Source of the DNA: Gaiellaceae bacterium
GTDB lineage: Bacteria; Actinomycetota; Thermoleophilia; Gaiellales; Gaiellaceae
Length of the DNA: 61,665 bases
Assembly (NCBI GenBank): GCA_036377055.1
Contig: DASUZD010000007.1
Location: 1 to 61,665, forward strand
Direction: 5' to 3'
Part shown: positions 38,229 to 45,445 of the stretch, in pieces
How positions within the stretch are numbered: the stretch's first letter is position 1
Layout of the letters: every line of letters starts with the position of its first letter
The notes under the pieces: generated by a model
What the model was told of the DNA's origin: nothing
The model's input: only the letters and a program-made list of their open reading frames with translations
Database searches by the model: none
Program-made: the position numbers and the translations under genes

Positions 38229-39272
38229 CTGAACACTGTTTTCGATTCCCCGATCCACGCGTTCCTCGAGGACGTCGAGGAGCGTGGGACGATCGACGAG
38301 GACGCGCTCGAGGCGTTCGCCGTCGAGCACGAGCTCGACGAGGACGAGGTCGCCGAGCTGCGGGCCGAGCTCGCGGCGCGCGAGGTCGAGATCCACGTCC
38401 CGCTCCCCGAGCAGGTCGCCGACGTCGATATCGTCGCGACCGACGCCCTGACCCTGTTCATGAACCGGGCCGGGCGCTACAAGCTGCTCACGGCCGCGGA
38501 CGAGGTCGCGCTCGCGAAGCGCGTCGAGCGCGGCGACGCCGCCGCCAAGGAGCGGATGATCAACGCGAACCTGCGTCTCGTGATCTCGATCGCGAAGCGC
38601 TACCAGAGCCCGAACATGCCCCTCCTCGACCTGATCCAGGAGGGCACGATCGGCCTCAACCGCGCCGTCGAGAAGTTCGACTGGCGGAAGGGCTACAAGT
38701 TCTCCACGTACGCGACGTGGTGGATCCGGCAGGCCTGCCAGCGAGCCGTCTCCGGACAGTCGGCGACGATTCGCGTGCCGACGCACGTCCACGAGCGGCG
38801 GGTGAAGATGTTCCGCGTCGCGCGGCAGCTCGAGGCGAAGCTGGGTCGCGAGCCGACGCACGAGGAGCTCGCGGAAGGAGCGGGACTCTCGCTGAAGCAC
38901 GTCGAGGAGGCGCTCGGCGCGCCTGAGGCGAACGTGTCGCTGAACCGGGCGGTCGGCTCGGAGGGCGACGGGGAGCTGGGCGAGCTGTTCGCCGACCCTG
39001 CCGCGAGCGATCCGGCCGAGGAGGCCGCTGACGCGTATCGGCGCGGCGTCGTCCGGCGTGCGCTGGGACGCCTGCCCGAGCGCGAGCGGCAGATCCTGGA
39101 GCTTCGCTTCGGCTTCGACGAGCGGGAGCCGGCGTCGCTCGAGGCGATCGGCGAGGAGCTCGGCATCACGCGCGAGCGGGTGCGGCAGCTCGAGCGCGAG
39201 TCGCTCGCGCGGCTCGAGCGCGAGCTCGCAGGCCTCCGCGCGGATCCCGACGAGCTGGCCCGCGCAGCATGA
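38229..39272 (+). CDS. RNA polymerase sigma-70 factor (group 1/2, RpoD/SigA-like)
   Basis: The region 1.2-4.2 motifs are present: LFMNRAGRYKLLTAADEVALAKR, NLRLVISIAKRY, DLIQEGTIGLNRAVEKFDWRKGYKFSTYATWWIRQA, ...LGITRERVRQLE. There is no in-frame ATG, GTG or TTG between the rpmE stop and region 1.2. The CTG at 38229, 5 nt after AAGGAAGGAAGGAG, is the best start. Confidence 0.85.
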   Translation: MNTVFDSPIHAFLEDVEERGTIDEDALEAFAVEHELDEDEVAELRAELAAREVEIHVPLPEQVADVDIVATDALTLFMNRAGRYKLLTAADEVALAKRVERGDAAAKERMINANLRLVISIAKRYQSPNMPLLDLIQEGTIGLNRAVEKFDWRKGYKFSTYATWWIRQACQRAVSGQSATIRVPTHVHERRVKMFRVARQLEAKLGREPTHEELAEGAGLSLKHVEEALGAPEANVSLNRAVGSEGDGELGELFADPAASDPAEEAADAYRRGVVRRALGRLPERERQILELRFGFDEREPASLEAIGEELGITRERVRQLERESLARLERELAGLRADPDELARAA

Positions 39273-39273
39273 C

Positions 39274-39867
39274 GTGGACGCGCTGATCCTCGCCCGCCAC
39301 GGCGAGAGCGAGCTCAGCGCGCTCGGCGTGACGAACGGCGACCCCGATCGCGCCTGCGCAATCACCGAGACCGGCCGGGCCCAGGCCCGCCGGCTCGGTG
39401 AGCTCGTCGCCGAGGAGCCGCTCGAGCTATGCGCGACGAGCGCCTTCGGCCGCGCGCAGGAGACCGCGGACATCGCCCTCGCCGGCCGCGACGTCCCCCG
39501 TCTCGTCGTCCCCGAGCTGAACGACATCCGCTTCGGCGACTTCGAGGCGCTCAGCTTCGACGACTACCGCGCGTGGGCTCGATCGGCGACACCCACCGAC
39601 GTGCCGTCCGGAGGGGGCGAGAGCCGCGCGGCGTGCGTGACGCGCTACGTCCGCGGGTTCCGCGTGCTGCTCCAGCGCCCCGAGCGTCTCGCGCTCGTCG
39701 TCGCGCATGGCCTGCCGATCCGCTACGTCCTGAACGCGCTCGAAGACCGCCCGCCGCAGCCTGTGCTCGACCAGGTGCCTTATGCCGAGCCCTTCCGAAT
39801 CACCGCGGAGGAGCTGGCGACTGCCGTCCGGAAGCTCGATTCCTGGGCCGCCGAACCCGCTTGGTAG
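39274..39867 (+). CDS. Histidine phosphatase family protein (phosphoglycerate-mutase-like)
   Basis: The RHGES motif (LILARHGESE) is present, and the later VAHG matches the family. The GTG start lies 2 nt after the sigma stop. Confidence 0.75.
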   Translation: MDALILARHGESELSALGVTNGDPDRACAITETGRAQARRLGELVAEEPLELCATSAFGRAQETADIALAGRDVPRLVVPELNDIRFGDFEALSFDDYRAWARSATPTDVPSGGGESRAACVTRYVRGFRVLLQRPERLALVVAHGLPIRYVLNALEDRPPQPVLDQVPYAEPFRITAEELATAVRKLDSWAAEPAW

Positions 39868-39926
39868 GCGGTTTGAAGTCACTCCGACCGGGTAGCCCGA
39901 GAGGACAAAAACCAGGAGGTGAAGAC

Positions 39927-39995
39927 GTGTACATCGGCGTCGGCACCGTCGTCGTAATTCTGCTCGTAATCCTGCTCATCTACCTGCTCACGTAG
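39927..39995 (+). CDS. 22-aa hydrophobic miniprotein: (M)YIGVGTVVVILLVILLIYLLT
   Basis: The GTG is preceded by ACCAGGAGGTGAAGAC at ideal spacing. It is a single TM helix and a terminator hairpin follows. It has no homologue that I recognise. Confidence 0.35.
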   Translation: MYIGVGTVVVILLVILLIYLLT

Positions 39996-40012
39996 CCAGA
40001 AAGAGCAGCGAG

Positions 40013-40033
40013 GCGCCCCGGCTTCCGGGGCGC
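40013..40033. terminator. Hairpin between convergent genes
   Basis: A 9-bp stem GCGCCCCGG / CCGGGGCGC has a 3-nt loop. It sits between the miniprotein stop (39995) and the stop of the minus-strand gene (40035). Confidence 0.55.
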
Positions 40034-40034
40034 T

Positions 40035-41045
40035 TCAGTGGACCGAGCAGATTGGGTCCGATGCCGCGACCTGGTCGACGAGGCGGTTCATCTCGCGCTC
40101 GTGCGCCACGAGCGCCGAGTTCCGGGGATCGAAGTCGGGCAGACCAGGACCTTCCCACGTCACGTCAGGGGTCACGCCAGGCCCGACCGCGGTGACGCGG
40201 TACCGCGTGCCGTTTCCGGGCGGGCGCGCGGGTGCGCCGGGAAGCGTCGCGTCGCGCGTCGGGTAGAAGCTGTAACAGAAGTTCCCGCGCGGCTTGCGTG
40301 ACGCGACCGCCGTCTCGCGCCTCCAGCCTGGCCCGTAGCGCGAGTCGAAGGTGTCGATGTACACGTACCGCACGTAGGCGTCCTGCGGCGGGCGCGTCCG
40401 GAAGCCGTAGACGGGGGCGCCGGCGTAGGAGAGGCGGCCGAAGAGGTCGTGGGCCTCGCCGCCGTGGATCCAGTCCGTCCAGACTTCGAGCCGCGCGAGC
40501 GGCCCCGTCCAGTGCGAGACGTGCAGCTCCCACGCGTTCTGCGCCGGCAACCAGGGCGCGAAGCGGCGATGCGGAAGCATGCGCTGCCAGCTCTGAAGCG
40601 CCCAGCTCGAGCCGTCGGGTGCAGTGCACGCGGCCACGAGCCACGCAAGCGCGGGGCCGCGGTACGGGCGGCAGCGGTTCCGGAAGCTCCGCCACGCGCC
40701 GCCGCTGTAGTCGATCTCGAAGCGCACCTGGGGCGTCGAGGCGCTCGGCGGCAGCGCGTTGATCGCGCCGAACACCAGGACGTGCCGCCTCCGGCCGGCG
40801 ACGCGGTAGGTGATGAGCGCCTCGCCGCGCCCGTTCACGGCGAGCCGGACGCGAGACGCGTTTCGGTCGAGAAGAGCCGACGCGGCGGCCTGCGAAGCGA
40901 CGACGAGGACAGCCACGAGGACTGCTGCTGAGGCGGCGACACGGCGACGGTACCGGGCAGCGCTTCTGCCAACATTCGCCGCGTGACGGGCGCACTGCTC
41001 GCCGCGCGTGCCGCCGCGGCCCTCATCTGTCTGGACCCCGGTCAC
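40035..41045 (-). CDS. Secreted hypothetical protein
   Basis: The sequence is protein-like with a signal-like segment RYRRRVAASAAVLVAVLVVASQAAASA, and I recognise no family. The only in-frame start upstream of the signal is the GTG at 41045, which overlaps the divergent amidase start. The start is therefore uncertain. Confidence 0.5.
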   Translation of the reverse strand: MTGVQTDEGRGGTRGEQCARHAANVGRSAARYRRRVAASAAVLVAVLVVASQAAASALLDRNASRVRLAVNGRGEALITYRVAGRRRHVLVFGAINALPPSASTPQVRFEIDYSGGAWRSFRNRCRPYRGPALAWLVAACTAPDGSSWALQSWQRMLPHRRFAPWLPAQNAWELHVSHWTGPLARLEVWTDWIHGGEAHDLFGRLSYAGAPVYGFRTRPPQDAYVRYVYIDTFDSRYGPGWRRETAVASRKPRGNFCYSFYPTRDATLPGAPARPPGNGTRYRVTAVGPGVTPDVTWEGPGLPDFDPRNSALVAHEREMNRLVDQVAASDPICSVH

Positions 41046-41642
41046 GGCACACCGCCCGCCATCGGCGCTCAGCGCGAGCCGATCGGCCCGGGCTCGAGGG
41101 TGCTGAAGATCAAGGACGGCGGCGGGACGGCCGGCGAGGCGCCGGTCGCGCTCGCGATCGCGCGTCGAACCCGCGCCTTCCTGCTCGGCAAGGGCTATCG
41201 CGTCGCGATGACGCGGACCGGCCCGGAGTTCCGGCGCGGGAACGGCGGCAACATCGCGCGCGCCCAGTTCTGCAACTCGCGCCATGCCGCGCTCATGATC
41301 CGCATCCACGCGGACGGCTCCCACGACCGCAGCCTCCATGGTGTCCTCACGCTCGTCCCGGCCTACCACATCGGCTGGACCGACGACATCTACCGCCGGA
41401 GCCTGCGCGCAGGGACGCTGATCGAGAAGGCCATGACGCTCGCGACCGGCGCGGCCGACCTCGGCGTGCTGCAACGGACGGACATCACCGGCTTCAACTG
41501 GGCGAACGTCCCGGCTGTGCTGGTGGAGACCGGGTTCATGACGAACCCGCGGGAACGACGGCTGCTGCAATCGAGCGCGTATGAATGGAAGGTCGCGCGC
41601 GGGATCGCGGCCGGCGCGATCGCGTCCGTCGGGAAGCCCTGA
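40983..41642 (+). CDS. N-acetylmuramoyl-L-alanine amidase (Amidase_3 family)
   Basis: Motifs: ICLDPGHG, IRIHADG and VLVETGFMTNPRE. GTG start. Confidence 0.8.
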   Translation: MTGALLAARAAAALICLDPGHGTPPAIGAQREPIGPGSRVLKIKDGGGTAGEAPVALAIARRTRAFLLGKGYRVAMTRTGPEFRRGNGGNIARAQFCNSRHAALMIRIHADGSHDRSLHGVLTLVPAYHIGWTDDIYRRSLRAGTLIEKAMTLATGAADLGVLQRTDITGFNWANVPAVLVETGFMTNPRERRLLQSSAYEWKVARGIAAGAIASVGKP

Positions 41643-41658
41643 CGCCGCCTGCTCGCCG

Positions 41659-41979
41659 CTACGACGGCATCGCCGGCGGCTGGTTCGAGACGGGCGGCTC
41701 CTCAGTGGTAGCGACCGCGCTGGCCGGAGGCGTGTCGGTCGCGGGAACCGCTTCCGCGCCGGCGTCTTCGAGCTTCGCCTTGAGCGAGCGGATGCGCTCG
41801 ACGATCGGATCGAGGGCAGGGTTCGAGATCGCGCCGGTCGAGGCGAGCTCGAACGCCTTCTCCCCCAGCTCGTTGTACGCCTGGCTCAGCTCGCGCTTCG
41901 TCTGGACGTCGGCGACGCCCTCCTTCGCGCGCTCGGCCGCCTGCTCGGCCTGCTGCTTCACCTTGTCCAGAAACCCCAT
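41659..41979 (-). CDS. Small coiled-coil hypothetical protein
   Basis: The ATG follows GAAAGGAGAG. The N-terminal half is helical and charged and the tail is Pro/Ala-rich. Confidence 0.55.
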   Translation of the reverse strand: MGFLDKVKQQAEQAAERAKEGVADVQTKRELSQAYNELGEKAFELASTGAISNPALDPIVERIRSLKAKLEDAGAEAVPATDTPPASAVATTEEPPVSNQPPAMPS

Positions 41980-41995
41980 GTCGCTCTCCTTTCGC

Positions 41996-42715
41996 TCAGC
42001 CGCCGAGGATGTTCCCGAGGAGGCCGCTCCCGCCCTTCTCGCCGCCGCCGTGCGCCGCCTCGAGCACCCGCTCGGCAGTGCGCTGGAACGGCAGCGTCTG
42101 GAGGGTGACGTGCCCCGGCCCGGTCATGTGGACGAGGAAGAGGCCCTCGCCCCCGAAAAGGCTCTTCTTGATCCCGCTCTGCATCTTGACCTCGTACTTC
42201 ACGGTCGGCTCGATCATCACCATGCAGCCGGTGTCGACGATCAGGGCCTGGCCGTCGGCGAGGTCGAAGTCGACGAAGTCGCCGCCGCCGTGGAGCCACA
42301 CCGTCCCGTTGCCGCGGAGGCGCTGGAGGAAGAAGCCCTCGCCGCCGCCTGCGATCCCCATGCCGAGCTTCTTCGCGAAGGCGCTCTCGATCGCGACGTC
42401 GCCATGGTGCGCGAGGTACGCGTGCTTCTCACAGATGATCTCTCCGTCGAGCTCGTGCTCCCGGATCGAGCCGGGAAAGGGGCCGCAGATGCCGACGGCT
42501 CCCGCGCCGCGGGCCGTGTAACGAGCGAGGAACATGCTTTCCCCAGCGAGGACTGCGCGCTTCAGGCCGCCCATCAGCCCGCCCGGCATCTCGACATCCA
42601 TCGAGACGTCGCCGGAGATGAACATCATCGCGCCGGCCTCTGAGACCAGTTGCTCGCCCTGCTCGAGCGCGATGACGACCGCGGGCGCGTGCCCCTCGCG
42701 AACCTTTGCCTCCAT
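41996..42715 (-). CDS. AIM24/TIGR00266-family (DUF124) protein
   Basis: The characteristic pattern is present: ...LVSEAGAMMFISGDV.M......GGL.....R...GES.F...Y.......V...P..PG.I........G...L........D.G....E...... Confidence 0.75.
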   Translation of the reverse strand: MEAKVREGHAPAVVIALEQGEQLVSEAGAMMFISGDVSMDVEMPGGLMGGLKRAVLAGESMFLARYTARGAGAVGICGPFPGSIREHELDGEIICEKHAYLAHHGDVAIESAFAKKLGMGIAGGGEGFFLQRLRGNGTVWLHGGGDFVDFDLADGQALIVDTGCMVMIEPTVKYEVKMQSGIKKSLFGGEGLFLVHMTGPGHVTLQTLPFQRTAERVLEAAHGGGEKGGSGLLGNILGG

Positions 42716-42726
42716 CGCGGACGATC

Positions 42727-43038
42727 CTACTCGGCGCCCGTGTCCCGCATCTTCCGCGCGACGCCCCGCCCGCGCGCGTGGACCTGCCGGCGCCGCTCGT
42801 CGACCTCCGGCACCGGCTCGGCGTGATCGACCGGCGTCTCGGCCGACTCGAACTCCTCGCGCTCCTCGACGATCGAGCGCGACTCGGCCAGCTTCCGCCG
42901 CAGCTCTTCCGCCCGCGGATCCGGCCCGGGCGGGGGAGAAGGCGGAGCGGGCAGCGGACGCCGGCGCCTCGAGGTGACGGCGCGATAGAGGCCTAGTGCG
43001 GCGAGCGCGGCCGAGGCGAGGGCGAGAGGACGGCGCAC
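42727..43038 (-). CDS. Hypothetical protein with an N-terminal TM anchor
   Basis: GTG start. RRPLALASAALAALGLY is a TM or signal segment, followed by a Pro-rich and then acidic region. Support is weak. Confidence 0.4.
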   Translation of the reverse strand: MRRPLALASAALAALGLYRAVTSRRRRPLPAPPSPPPGPDPRAEELRRKLAESRSIVEEREEFESAETPVDHAEPVPEVDERRRQVHARGRGVARKMRDTGAE

Positions 43039-43147
43039 GGGCCGATGCTACACTGGCCGCCTTCCTGCCTCGTCTCGCGCCGTCCGTTCCCGAGCGGCGC
43101 CTGCCGGCGAGGCCGCTTCAGACCGAAGGAAGGAGGCACTCGGGAGC

Positions 43148-43513
43148 GTGATCGCGTACGAAATCCTGCTCATGCTGGACCCCGACCTCGACGAGGACCG
43201 GGCGAGCGAGATCGTCGCGCGGACCCGTGAGCTCGTCGAGAAGGGCGGCGGGACCTGGGCGAACCAGGAGGTCTGGGGACGCAAGAAGCTCGCCTACGAG
43301 ATCGACCACAAGGGCGAAGGCGCATACCACCTACTCACGTTCAGCGCGGAGCCCGAGACGCTGGACGAGATCTCGCGCGTGCTGAAGATCACCGACGGCG
43401 TGATGCGGCATATGGCGGTCCGGCAGGTGCCGGGCTCGCGCCCTCACGGCCCGTCCGTAGGTGCGCCGTCTCCCGCCGCTGAGCGGGAGCCCGTCGTCCA
43501 GGAAGCCGAGTAA
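43148..43513 (+). CDS. rpsF: 30S ribosomal protein S6
   Basis: YEILLMLDPDLDE......WG.KKLAYEI.....G.Y.L..F is the S6 pattern. The GTG start follows GAAGGAAGGAGG. The C-terminus carries an extension. Confidence 0.9.
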   Translation: MIAYEILLMLDPDLDEDRASEIVARTRELVEKGGGTWANQEVWGRKKLAYEIDHKGEGAYHLLTFSAEPETLDEISRVLKITDGVMRHMAVRQVPGSRPHGPSVGAPSPAAEREPVVQEAE

Positions 43514-43552
43514 CCTTCGAACGAGCGTTCGTGTAGGGAGGAGAGAGTTCCG

Positions 43553-43987
43553 ATGGCAAACATCAACCGAGTCGTCCTCGTCGGCAACTTGACACGCGAC
43601 CCCGAGCTGCGGCACACGCCGAGCGGTACGCCCGTCTGCAAGCTTCGGCTCGCCGTGAACACGCGCCAGAAGGACCAGGCGACGGGTCAGTGGGGCGACA
43701 AGCCGAACTACTTCGACGTCACCGTCTGGGGCAACCAGGGCGAGAGCTGCGCGCAGTTCCTCGCGAAGGGTCGCCCGGTGGCGATCGACGGCCGCCTCGA
43801 CTGGCGCGAGTGGGACGCGCAAGACGGGACGAAGCGCCAGGCGATCGAGATCATCGCCGACAGCGTCCAGTTCCTCGGCAGCCGCGAGGGCGGCGCCGCG
43901 GAGCCGCAGTTCGTCCCGGCCGGCGCGACCGCCGCGAGCGAGCCGGACTTCGCGGGGTCGGCGACCGACGACGACATCCCGTTCTAG
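43553..43987 (+). CDS. ssb: Single-stranded DNA-binding protein
   Basis: [25 protein letters not shown]....LAVN is the OB fold, and the acidic tail is DDDIPF. Confidence 0.92.
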   Translation: MANINRVVLVGNLTRDPELRHTPSGTPVCKLRLAVNTRQKDQATGQWGDKPNYFDVTVWGNQGESCAQFLAKGRPVAIDGRLDWREWDAQDGTKRQAIEIIADSVQFLGSREGGAAEPQFVPAGATAASEPDFAGSATDDDIPF

Positions 43988-43997
43988 GAGGACGCGA

Positions 43998-44261
43998 GTG
44001 GCACAGCCTCGAGAGCAGACGCGCCGGAAGCGACCCGGCGCAGCGACCGGGCCGATCCGGCGGAAGAGCTGTTACTTCTGCAAGGAGAAGGTCGAGGAGG
44101 TCGACTACAAGAACTACAACCAGCTCCGGCGCTACATCTCGGAGAAGGGCAAGATCCGGTCCCGCCGCATCACCGGGGCGTGCCGCCGCCACCAGCGGCA
44201 GGTCGCGGTCGCCGTCAAGCGCGCCCGCGAGATGGCGCTCCTGCCCTACGTGACGGGCTGA
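43998..44261 (+). CDS. rpsR: 30S ribosomal protein S18
   Basis: C.FC.......VDYKN...[17 protein letters not shown]...[16 protein letters not shown] is the S18 pattern. Confidence 0.9.
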   Translation: MAQPREQTRRKRPGAATGPIRRKSCYFCKEKVEEVDYKNYNQLRRYISEKGKIRSRRITGACRRHQRQVAVAVKRAREMALLPYVTG

Positions 44262-44881
44262 TGGAAGTCATCCTCACGCAGGACGTCGACAAGATCGGGC
44301 TGCGCGGCGAGGTCGTCAACGTCGCGCGCGGCTACGCGCGGAACTTCCTGCTCCCGCGACGGCTCGCCGAGGTCGCGACGCCGGCCAAGGTGGCCGAGCT
44401 GGAACGGCGCGACGCCAACCGTGCGCGGCACGAGGCTCGAAGCGTGGAGCACGCGCAGGAGATCGCGGAGCTGCTCGCGAAGACCGTGCTTCGGCTCGAG
44501 GTGAAAGCGGGTCCGACCGGCGCGCTCTTCGGATCCGTCACGCCGACGAACATCGCGGACGAGATCTGGCGCGCACGGAAGGTCCGCGTCGACCGCCGTA
44601 AGATCGACCTTCCCGAGCCGATCAAGCGCGTAGGCCGCTACGAGGTCCCGATCGAAGTCTTCACCGACGTCCACGTCGACGTGAAGACGCTCGTCGTCCC
44701 CGAAGGCGGCGAGCTCCCGCCCGAGGAGGAGCTCGAGCGTCCGGCCGAGCCCGAGAGCGCCGAGCCCGCGACGGCCTCGGCCGAGTCGGAGGTGTCGGCC
44801 GATGATCAGGTCCCCGACGACGCGTTCGACCGCGCGGTCGACACTGCCGTCGCACCCGAGCTCGAGGACGAGCGCGCCTGA
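44261..44881 (+). CDS. rplI: 50S ribosomal protein L9 with an acidic C-terminal extension of about 55 aa
   Basis: [33 protein letters not shown] is the L9 N-terminus. The ATG overlaps the rpsR stop by 1 nt (TGATG). Confidence 0.9.
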   Translation: MEVILTQDVDKIGLRGEVVNVARGYARNFLLPRRLAEVATPAKVAELERRDANRARHEARSVEHAQEIAELLAKTVLRLEVKAGPTGALFGSVTPTNIADEIWRARKVRVDRRKIDLPEPIKRVGRYEVPIEVFTDVHVDVKTLVVPEGGELPPEEELERPAEPESAEPATASAESEVSADDQVPDDAFDRAVDTAVAPELEDERA

Positions 44882-44882
44882 C

Positions 44883-44912
44883 TCTCCACAGGCCCGCCGC
44901 GGCCTGTGGAGA
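44883..44912 (+). terminator. Perfect 12-bp hairpin after rplI
   Basis: TCTCCACAGGCC-CGCCGC-GGCCTGTGGAGA lies immediately after the rplI stop. There is no U-tract. Both arms carry a TCCACA motif. Confidence 0.55.
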
Positions 44913-45355
44913 TCGCAACGCAAAATCCGCTTCGAGCGGCTTTTTCGTCCACGGATTCACGGGCGGGATCGGCGAACAGGAGTTCCATCGCCGCTGCAAA
45001 TCGGCCAGAGCCGAAGCTGTGGATTCCGCCGTCTCCACAGGTGGTCGGCGAGCCTCTTAGGTGGTCTCATTTGTCGCGATGGCCCACTCGCCCAGCCTTC
45101 GTCAGCCGCTCCGACCACGTCGCAGAACCTCGAGACGGCCGTTTCCGCACTCGAGCGATCCCTGCTCTCCCCCGGCGTGGTCGGAGCGGTGGGCGAGCTG
45201 ATCGCGGCGGTCGGCCGGGGTTGGTGACGACCTGTGGAAATGCATCGAGAATCTTCGCTCGGAGCGGACGATTGATCCACCGGGCGCTCAGCGTCGGCGG
45301 GCGATAAAGCGCTGCTCAGGGCCCAGATCCACGAGTCGGAGCTCGATCTTCCACA
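44883..45355. promoter_or_regulatory. Cluster of DnaA-box-like (T/C)TCCACA motifs in the rplI-dnaB spacer
   Basis: TCCACA occurs on the plus strand at 44885, 45034 and 45350. TGTGGA occurs at 44905, 45018 and 45233. That is six hexamers in 473 bp of lower-GC non-coding DNA. Confidence 0.35.
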
Positions 45356-45445
45356 CGTTGTCCTCAGCGGCTTGCTCCTGCGCGCGGCATCCGGAGCGTT
45401 CTCGGTGAAGGCAGCGTCCGACTGCGGCTGTAGCGTGGCGAACGT

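Noticed and set aside
44906-45307. 133-aa and 107-aa ORFs inside the rplI-dnaB spacer
   Set aside because: They overlap each other on opposite strands, lack an SD and GC3 bias, and have non-protein-like composition. I treat the region as non-coding and regulatory.
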